In this document: piece by piece, positions 57,671 to 64,000 of the stretch | Layout: each line of letters begins with the position of its first letter | Position numbering within the stretch: the stretch's first letter is position 1 | Assembly: GCA_937146645.1 (NCBI GenBank) | Contig: CAKZRQ010000012.1 | Span: forward strand, 180,777 to 244,776 | DNA from: an uncultured Cyclobacteriaceae bacterium | GTDB taxonomy: Bacteria > Bacteroidota > Bacteroidia > Cytophagales > Cyclobacteriaceae | DNA length: 64,000 nucleotides | Reading direction: 5' to 3' | Program-made: the position numbers and the translations under genes | Notes under the pieces: model-generated | Seen by the model: only the letters and a program-made list of their open reading frames with translations | Databases searched by the model: none | Told to the model about the DNA's origin: nothing

Positions 57671-58515
57671 GATATTCTTAGAGAGGGCGTATCTAAATCA
57701 TCCGGGCTAGTGAAGGAGACTTCCTTTAGAATCCTGGGCCCGGTCAATTTTGCGGTTCTTACAGGGGTAGATTCTAACTTAGTTTCAGTGAAGTAAATAA
57801 GCTGCCAGTTGCCTTCATGGTCTTCAGCTAGCGCACTTAAAGTTTCTACCCAGTCGCCTGAATTCATATAGTGGATTCCATTAATCATTCGATTTTCAGC
57901 TTTGTGAATGTGACCACAAATGATCCCATCACAGTTTTTGACTTTGGCCATTTTGGCTAACTCAGTTTCATATTCGTCGATGTAGGAAACCGCAGATTTT
58001 ACCTTGCTTTTGACGTACCGGGATAGGGAAAAATAGGGGAGTCCTCTTTTTACCCGGTATTGATTTACTACTCGGTTTAGCCAAAGCAAAAAGGTATATC
58101 CCATATCCCCCAGGTAGGCTATCCAGCGGAAGTGCGTGGTGATACTATCGAATACGTCTCCGTGCGTGATGAAATATTTCTTTCCGTGACTACGGTAGAT
58201 CATATCCTTTTGGATGCGCAGATTGCCGACTGCCATAGGCAAAATCTGATCAAGAAAGTCATCATGGTTTCCTCGGAGATAATAAACCTTGGTCTCATTC
58301 CTCTCCATCATTTTGAATATGCGGTTGAAAAAGCGAGTATGCTTCCTTTTCCAAGCTCCTCTTTTCTTTAATTGCCAACCATCAATTATGTCGCCGTTAA
58401 GGATAAGATTTTCGCAGCTAAACTCTTTGAAGAAGCGCGTAACTTCCTTCGCTTTTGAACCTTGTGTGCCCAGATGAATGTCCGACACCACAATTGTTTT
58501 ATAATGGGTCTTCAC
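57667..58515 (-). CDS. LpxH/YbbF-like calcineurin-type metallophosphoesterase (annotatable as UDP-2,3-diacylglucosamine diphosphatase-like)
   Basis: Metallophosphoesterase motifs VVSDIHLG, LNGDIIDGW, LRGNHDDF, ITHGDVFD and CGHIHK. The stop overlaps the downstream GT start (ATGA, 57667-57670). It has GNHD rather than the GNRD of E. coli LpxH. Confidence 0.6.
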   Translation of the reverse strand: MKTHYKTIVVSDIHLGTQGSKAKEVTRFFKEFSCENLILNGDIIDGWQLKKRGAWKRKHTRFFNRIFKMMERNETKVYYLRGNHDDFLDQILPMAVGNLRIQKDMIYRSHGKKYFITHGDVFDSITTHFRWIAYLGDMGYTFLLWLNRVVNQYRVKRGLPYFSLSRYVKSKVKSAVSYIDEYETELAKMAKVKNCDGIICGHIHKAENRMINGIHYMNSGDWVETLSALAEDHEGNWQLIYFTETKLESTPVRTAKLTGPRILKEVSFTSPDDLDTPSLRIS

Positions 58516-58681
58516 TGTTGTAGTTTTATTCTAATTTAATCTTGGAATATGAACTACATTGCCATGAATTATTAAGATTATCTTATTATTAGATAATTGA
58601 AGCTATTTAACATGAACAAATGGTTAAGGGTATTTTAAAAATCCGTATGAATTCGCATTTTTGGTTAAACCTGATTTTTTT

Positions 58682-59641
58682 ATGCTGATATCAGTAATCC
58701 TTGAATGGGAAAATGCTCTTTTATCTGAATTGGATAGAACCCAAAGGATGTTGGAAGCTTTTTTTTATCAGTCTCGAAAGATTGATTATGATTTTGAAAT
58801 TCTTATTGTTCATGATCCAACTTTCGTAAAAGAGGAATTCATTAAATCTTTTATTAAGAGTTCTGTTGAAGATATCACTGAGGATGAAGTAACCTCCATT
58901 CGGTTTATCCCAAGACAAGGACTCCACTATTTTGCTCTCAAGAATGTAGGAGTGGAAGAAGCTAATGGGGAAACACTTATACTACTCGATAGTGACGTGA
59001 TACCAGAAGATAACTGGCTTCAGAAATTGTTAGAATCACACCTTGCTCACAAAGAGGCATTAATTGGTGGATTAGCTTACATCGATTATTCTACGTTTAT
59101 GGGTAAATGCTTTGGCCTAGGCTGGTTCTTCCCTCAAAAAACTGAGGACAACAGTCTTGTCCAATCCAGAATTATTTTCTCAAATAATTTTATCGTAGAT
59201 AGGGAAACTCTTCTGAAGAATCCTTACCCGGAGCTTGATGGAGAAGTGACTCGGGGAGCGGATCTTTTACTTTGGAATTCACTGAGAGAAAAAGGCTTTC
59301 AGATCCTCGTTAATAAGGGGGCAAAGGTATCGCATCCAGCTCCCAATGGAATAAATCATTTTTTGGTACGAGGACTTGCTGAAGGAAGGGATGTGTATTT
59401 TAATCAAAAAAAATCTAAGACCCCGGGTAAAATTCCTGCTATCCAATTTTTTAAGATTCAGCTAATTAAATCCTGGAAAGTAATAAAGTATTCCATTTCA
59501 AGAGGAGATTTAGTAGAGTTAAAATGGTGGCAAATCCCTTTTGCCATTATTGTTATGCTTTTCTACTACCTACTTTTTCTAATAGGGGGAATTTCTTCAA
59601 TGATTTTTCCTAAAGCGACACGTAGAGCCTGGCAAATCTGA
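58682..59641 (+). CDS. Family 2 glycosyltransferase with C-terminal TM helix
   Basis: I prefer ATG 58682 (MLISVILEWEN, typical GT2 beta1) to the TTG at 58661. DSD motif (ILLDSDVIPE) and a C-terminal hydrophobic helix (IPFAIIVMLFYYLLFLIGGISSMIF). Confidence 0.6.
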   Translation: MLISVILEWENALLSELDRTQRMLEAFFYQSRKIDYDFEILIVHDPTFVKEEFIKSFIKSSVEDITEDEVTSIRFIPRQGLHYFALKNVGVEEANGETLILLDSDVIPEDNWLQKLLESHLAHKEALIGGLAYIDYSTFMGKCFGLGWFFPQKTEDNSLVQSRIIFSNNFIVDRETLLKNPYPELDGEVTRGADLLLWNSLREKGFQILVNKGAKVSHPAPNGINHFLVRGLAEGRDVYFNQKKSKTPGKIPAIQFFKIQLIKSWKVIKYSISRGDLVELKWWQIPFAIIVMLFYYLLFLIGGISSMIFPKATRRAWQI

Positions 59642-59723
59642 TCTCCCAAGATTTGGTTTTTACATTAGTGGTTTATTTCTGTTGGGGTTGATTGGTAGTT
59701 TTGCGGCTTATAAAATTCCAATA

Positions 59724-62204
59724 ATGAAAAAGCTATTCACACTTCTAACCACCCTTTTGTTGTCTGGGATACTAATTGCTCAAGACCGGTTAGGTAATTA
59801 CGAGCTTGCTGCTCGATTCTCTCCTCAAAAGATAGATAAAATGGTTTTCTCAACTTCTGTCTCTCCTCATTGGCTTAAGAGTTCCGACAAATTTTGGTAC
59901 GAGTATGAGACTAGTGAAGGCAGATACTGGTACTTGGTTGACCCTGACCGAAGGACAAAAACTGAAATGTTTGATAGGGATGAATTAGCAATGGCCATTA
60001 CTAAGATGGTGAAGGATCCTTACGATGGTAACCATTTGAAACTGGATAATTTGAAATTCATCGAAGATGAAAATGCCATTTCATTTGAAGTGAAAAGTTC
60101 TTCAGAAATGGTTCTGAAGAAGGATTGGGAAGAGATAAAAATGAAGGATGATTCTGCGACTGATTCTTTGGAGAAGAAAACCTTCTTTTTTCAATTTGAT
60201 ATTGATTCTCAAGAGCTGACCGAAAGAGTTGACGCCGAAAAAGACCCTGAAAGACTTTCATGGGCGAACATCTCACCTGATTCTAGTAGGGTGCTATTTG
60301 CGAGAAATCATAACCTCTTTATGATGGATAAGGAGAATTTTCTGAAGGCAGTAAAGGATGAAAAGGATAGTACCATCGTAGAAGAGCAACTCACTACAGA
60401 TGGAGTGGAATACTATTCATATGCTTTTATCCCAAGAGGAGATGATAATGTCCAAAAGGAGAAGAAAAAGGATGATAGACAAGAGGTTAGAGTAAGATGG
60501 AATCTGGCTGGTTCCGAATTTGTGATGACTCGGACAGATTCCAGGCATGTGAAAGATCTTTGGGTTATTCATAATACCAGAAACCCCAGACCTACCTTAG
60601 AGACCTACAAGTATTCTATGCCGGGAGAAAAAGATCAGCCACAAACAGATCTTTTACATTACTCTTTTGAAGATGGTGAAATGACAGAGCTTCCGATCTG
60701 GACTTTTAAAGATCAGAGTGTTGGGTTATGGGCTGCTCCTAGGAAAGCAAGTAGCAGAGATGATGCCTTTAGGCCCGTTTATTGGCTTGGTGATGAGGAT
60801 GAGGTATATTTTTCCATTACCTCAAGAGATTTGAAAAGAGTGGATGTCTGTCGATGGAATCTGACGACCAATGAAAAGGAGGTGGTTATAGAAGAGAGAA
60901 GTAACACCTACATTGATTTCATTCAACCTGCATTAATTAAAAATGGAGAAGAGCTGGTTTGGTGGTCTGAGCGAGATGGTTGGGGTCACTTCTATTTATA
61001 TGGTCGAGATGGCTCACTTAAAAAACAACTTACTTCAGGAGCATTCCACACAGCCGGTATTTCAAGAGTAGATGAGCAAAATGGACGTTTATTCTTTGCT
61101 GCAAATGCTCGCGAAGAAGGTGAGGATCCTTACTATGAACATCTTTACAGTGTGAGTTTAAATGGGGGAGAAATAAGCTTATTGACTCCGGGTAATTACA
61201 ATCATAGCTCTTCTGTCAATGATCGTGGGAATTATGCTGTGGTAAATTATTCCAGAGTTGATACCACTCCAGTCTCTATTTTAGTGGATAGAAATGGTAG
61301 AAAAGTTATGGATTTAGAGACAGCAGATTTGACCCAACTTTTTGCTGCCGGATATCAGTTCCCTGAACCATTCACTTTCAAAGCTGATGATGGGATAACG
61401 GACTTGTATGGAGTGATGTACAAGCCTTTCGATTTTGATTCTACAAAGAAATACCCACTTGTCCAGTACGTTTATCCAGGTCCTCAAACTGAAGCGGTGA
61501 ATAAATCTTTTAGCGCTCGAATGGACAGGACGGACCGTTTGGCTCAATTTGGATTTGTTGTCGTTACCCTTGGTAACCGGGGAGGCCATCCAGCCAGATC
61601 AAAGTGGTATCACAATTATGGCTATGGTGATCTGAGAGATTACGGATTAGCAGATAAAAAGGCCGCAGTAGATCAATTGGCTGATCGATTTGATTTTATT
61701 GACCGTAGTAAGGTCGGTATTCATGGACATTCCGGAGGAGGATTCATGTCTACAGCTGCTATGTTGGTTTACCCAGATGTATTTAAAGTAGCTGTTTCTT
61801 CAGCAGGTAACCATGAAAACAATATTTATAACAGATGGTGGTCCGAAAAGCATCATGGGGTAAAGGAAGAAATTTCAGCGGCCGGTGATACTACTTTTGT
61901 TTACCAAATAGAAAAAAACCCTGATTTAGCTGAGAATTTAAAGGGTCATTTAATGCTTTCCACTGGTGATGTTGATAATAATGTACATCCAGCCGGAACC
62001 ATAAGGATGGCAGAGGCTTTGATCAAAGCAGGTAAGAGGTTTGAGTTTGTAATCTTGCCAGGTCAAAGACATGGCTATGGATCCATGCGGGAGTACTTCT
62101 TCTGGAAGATGGGCGATTACTTTACCAGACACTTGCTGGGTGATAATGTTCCACCTCCTGTTGACATGGTAGAAATGCAGAGAGATAAACCACAGGACAA
62201 ATAG
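59724..62204 (+). CDS. S9 family serine peptidase (DPP IV-like beta-propeller plus alpha/beta hydrolase)
   Basis: ATG 59724 gives signal peptide MKKLFTLLTTLLLSGILIAQ. An N-terminal DPPIV-type propeller is followed by the nucleophile elbow GIHGHSGGG, with GDVDNNVH and QRHGY supplying the Asp/His contexts. Confidence 0.8.
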   Translation: MKKLFTLLTTLLLSGILIAQDRLGNYELAARFSPQKIDKMVFSTSVSPHWLKSSDKFWYEYETSEGRYWYLVDPDRRTKTEMFDRDELAMAITKMVKDPYDGNHLKLDNLKFIEDENAISFEVKSSSEMVLKKDWEEIKMKDDSATDSLEKKTFFFQFDIDSQELTERVDAEKDPERLSWANISPDSSRVLFARNHNLFMMDKENFLKAVKDEKDSTIVEEQLTTDGVEYYSYAFIPRGDDNVQKEKKKDDRQEVRVRWNLAGSEFVMTRTDSRHVKDLWVIHNTRNPRPTLETYKYSMPGEKDQPQTDLLHYSFEDGEMTELPIWTFKDQSVGLWAAPRKASSRDDAFRPVYWLGDEDEVYFSITSRDLKRVDVCRWNLTTNEKEVVIEERSNTYIDFIQPALIKNGEELVWWSERDGWGHFYLYGRDGSLKKQLTSGAFHTAGISRVDEQNGRLFFAANAREEGEDPYYEHLYSVSLNGGEISLLTPGNYNHSSSVNDRGNYAVVNYSRVDTTPVSILVDRNGRKVMDLETADLTQLFAAGYQFPEPFTFKADDGITDLYGVMYKPFDFDSTKKYPLVQYVYPGPQTEAVNKSFSARMDRTDRLAQFGFVVVTLGNRGGHPARSKWYHNYGYGDLRDYGLADKKAAVDQLADRFDFIDRSKVGIHGHSGGGFMSTAAMLVYPDVFKVAVSSAGNHENNIYNRWWSEKHHGVKEEISAAGDTTFVYQIEKNPDLAENLKGHLMLSTGDVDNNVHPAGTIRMAEALIKAGKRFEFVILPGQRHGYGSMREYFFWKMGDYFTRHLLGDNVPPPVDMVEMQRDKPQDK

Positions 62205-62208
62205 ATTA

Positions 62209-62243
62209 GAAAGCCCAATTCATTTTTGACTTGGGCTTTTTAT
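62209..62243 (+). terminator. Rho-independent terminator after the S9 peptidase gene
   Basis: Stem AAGCCCAA (62211-62218) pairs with TTGGGCTT (62231-62238) around a 12-nt loop, followed by TTTATTT. Confidence 0.7.
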
Positions 62244-62283
62244 TTACTTTAGGATAATTGAATCACCCGTTCTTTTTTAAACA

Positions 62284-63549
62284 ATGAAAGTAGTCATCCT
62301 TATTTCTGGACTTCGCGGCCTTTTTTATGCGAGTTTAGAAATGGCTAGAAGATTGGAAGCCCATGGAATGAAAGTTATGTTCGCTTCTTCCAGTGAACTG
62401 ACAGAAAGATTCAAACCCTACAATTATCCCTTCACTAAGCTTCCCACCATGCGGATTGATTATGATCCTGAACCAGGATATGAGTTAGTCTATAAAGAAG
62501 CTCTTCAAAGCCTTGATGCAGACACTTTTATCATTGACACTGAATGCCCCGTATACATTATTACTGGAATTGCGATTGATAAACGAGTTTTCATTTTAAA
62601 TCATTTTCTGCCCTTACCCACTAGGCCGGACTCCCCAATTCCTAATCTTGATATCGCACCAGGTGAGGGTATCCAAGGTTCGACTTGGGTGATTCCTTTA
62701 GGCTACGGAGTAAAAAGGTTAAAACATTTTTTAAAAGCTTTAAGAGAGAAAAGACGTGCGAAGGGAAAGGATAGAAGAAGTCTTTTGATAAATCTTGCTA
62801 GTCATCTGGGTCTAAAAAAATCAGACTATTTGTATAGCAGAAGTATCTCTCCTGGTCCATACTTATATTTTTCTAATTTACCTATACTCCACATTACGGC
62901 TGAAGAGTTGGACTTCAAACATTATCTAAGGCCATTAGAGAACTATGTCGGCCCAATGGTCTTTTTGGATAGAAAAGGAGATGCTTACCCAGGAGATCAA
63001 GAGAAGCTTTTAGATTTGATTCAAAGGACAAAATCTTTAAATAAACCACTGATTTATTGCGCTCTCAGTTCTCTAAAAGCCGTCGAAAATAGCTTCATAG
63101 AAAAAATTCTGGATGCATATGAAGGCGAAAAATTAGAGGTGGTAGTTGGACTCGGCGAGCAAAGCGAAATTCCCTTACGAGCTATTCCTGAGAATATTCA
63201 CTTCTTTGAGTGGGTGGATGCACAAATCATTTTGCCTCATGCTGATGTAGCCGTAATTACTGCAGGATTCCATACAATCCATGAGTGCCTTTATTTTGAG
63301 GTGCCAATGATTTCTTTCAGTTTTAGTACTACCGATCAAAATGGATTTCAGGCAAGAATCCGCTCTAAGAAGATTGGGTTAAATGGTGATTTTGTGAGTG
63401 AAACTGCGGAGTCATTAAGAAGTAAAACTCACCAACTTTTGGAATCCGAGGAGCACAAGTTGGCGTTGGCCAAAATGAAAAAAAGTCTTGAGAAGTATGT
63501 TCAAGATATGACTTTTGAAAAGTTGATTTCTGAAAAAGCTAAAAGTTAA
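62284..63549 (+). CDS. GT1 family (UDP-glycosyltransferase/MGT-like) glycosyltransferase
   Basis: 421 aa GT-B. The C-terminal UDPGT-like signature is VITAGFHTIHECLYFEVPMISFSFSTTDQNGFQARI. Confidence 0.6.
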   Translation: MKVVILISGLRGLFYASLEMARRLEAHGMKVMFASSSELTERFKPYNYPFTKLPTMRIDYDPEPGYELVYKEALQSLDADTFIIDTECPVYIITGIAIDKRVFILNHFLPLPTRPDSPIPNLDIAPGEGIQGSTWVIPLGYGVKRLKHFLKALREKRRAKGKDRRSLLINLASHLGLKKSDYLYSRSISPGPYLYFSNLPILHITAEELDFKHYLRPLENYVGPMVFLDRKGDAYPGDQEKLLDLIQRTKSLNKPLIYCALSSLKAVENSFIEKILDAYEGEKLEVVVGLGEQSEIPLRAIPENIHFFEWVDAQIILPHADVAVITAGFHTIHECLYFEVPMISFSFSTTDQNGFQARIRSKKIGLNGDFVSETAESLRSKTHQLLESEEHKLALAKMKKSLEKYVQDMTFEKLISEKAKS

Positions 63550-63558
63550 GGCTGAAGA

Positions 63559-64000
63559 CTAGCCATTAAAAATCAATTTGAATGTGGTGCCTTCTCCAGG
63601 GGAGCTTCGAACCTGGATATTCCCCTTATGTCTTCGCATGATTTGCTTAGACAAACTCAAACCAATTCCCGAACCTCTTTTCTTGGTAGTGAAGAATGGG
63701 ATAAAGATTTTTCCAAGTGCTTCTTCACTGATACCTTTTCCACTATCCCTGACCTCGATAATTATTTTACCCGCTTCATCAATGTAAGCCGAAAGGCAAA
63801 TTTTTCTTGTTTCGGTTTCTTCTACGGCTTGAATAGCATTTTGAGCTAAATTTATCAGAACCTGTTCGATTTGGGTTTGGTCTCCAAAAAGAATGAGCTC
63901 CGAAGGATTCAATTCCTTTGACATTTTGATCCCTTTTTGCTCAAGCTGATGCTGAAGCAAAACCTCTAGCTGATCAAAGAGATTTGAAATGGATATACTT
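63559..64000 (-). CDS. Sensor histidine kinase, C-terminal HATPase_c portion (5' part lies beyond the window)
   Basis: N box QVLINLAQNA, G1 box DSGKGI, F box FIPFFTTK and G2 box GSGIGLS. The reading frame is still open at nt 64000. Confidence 0.8.
   Translation of the reverse strand, partial: SISISNLFDQLEVLLQHQLEQKGIKMSKELNPSELILFGDQTQIEQVLINLAQNAIQAVEETETRKICLSAYIDEAGKIIIEVRDSGKGISEEALGKIFIPFFTTKKRGSGIGLSLSKQIMRRHKGNIQVRSSPGEGTTFKLIFNG

Noticed and set aside
1-64000. Search for mobile elements, prophage, CRISPR arrays, rRNA/tRNA genes or a genomic island.
   Set aside because: No transposase, integrase or phage-like ORFs, no spaced direct-repeat arrays and no RNA-gene-sized gaps were found. 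Coding density and gene content look like core chromosome.

Overview
This window reads as a densely coding chromosomal segment from a Bacteroidota-type genome, probably Cytophagia- or Flavobacteriia-like. That assignment is inferred from gene content: PorU/PorV-like type IX secretion (T9SS) proteins, a long NagB fusion, BlaR1-like M56 proteins, and lipoprotein or Sec signals ending in AQ or C. I support about 51 protein-coding genes, mostly in short, tightly packed or translationally coupled operons. I saw no rRNA, tRNA, CRISPR array, transposase, integrase or other mobile element. Housekeeping genes include purN, proBA, purB, tsaD, smpB, rnhB, a photolyase and a TamB-like giant protein. A loose sugar and amino-sugar catabolism neighbourhood contains a PL8 lyase, a Tat-exported Gfo/Idh/MocA oxidoreductase, a ROK kinase, long NagB, GntK and GalM. 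The most interesting content is envelope-related. (1) A PorV-like outer-membrane barrel gene is followed 1 nt later by a 1670-aa C25/PorU-like peptidase gene, in reversed order and larger than canonical porU-porV. This may be a second T9SS cargo-sorting module. (2) A five-gene operon encodes an ECF sigma factor, a membrane-anchored partner, two paralogous OM beta-barrels and a DUF4097-like beta-helix protein. (3) A PadR regulator is translationally coupled to a large membrane protein with two PspC domains, and a perfect 16-bp palindrome lies in the adjacent divergent intergenic region. (4) A BlaI/BlaR1-like pair has two tandem TACA/TGTA-type palindromic operators. (5) An NlpC/P60 homologue that appears catalytically dead and a small HNH nuclease are packed into the tsaD-smpB operon. 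(6) An LpxH/YbbF-like phosphoesterase is translationally coupled to a GT-B glycosyltransferase, with GT2 and GT1 genes nearby. All functional calls rest on motif recognition by eye and recalled family knowledge. No database search was run.
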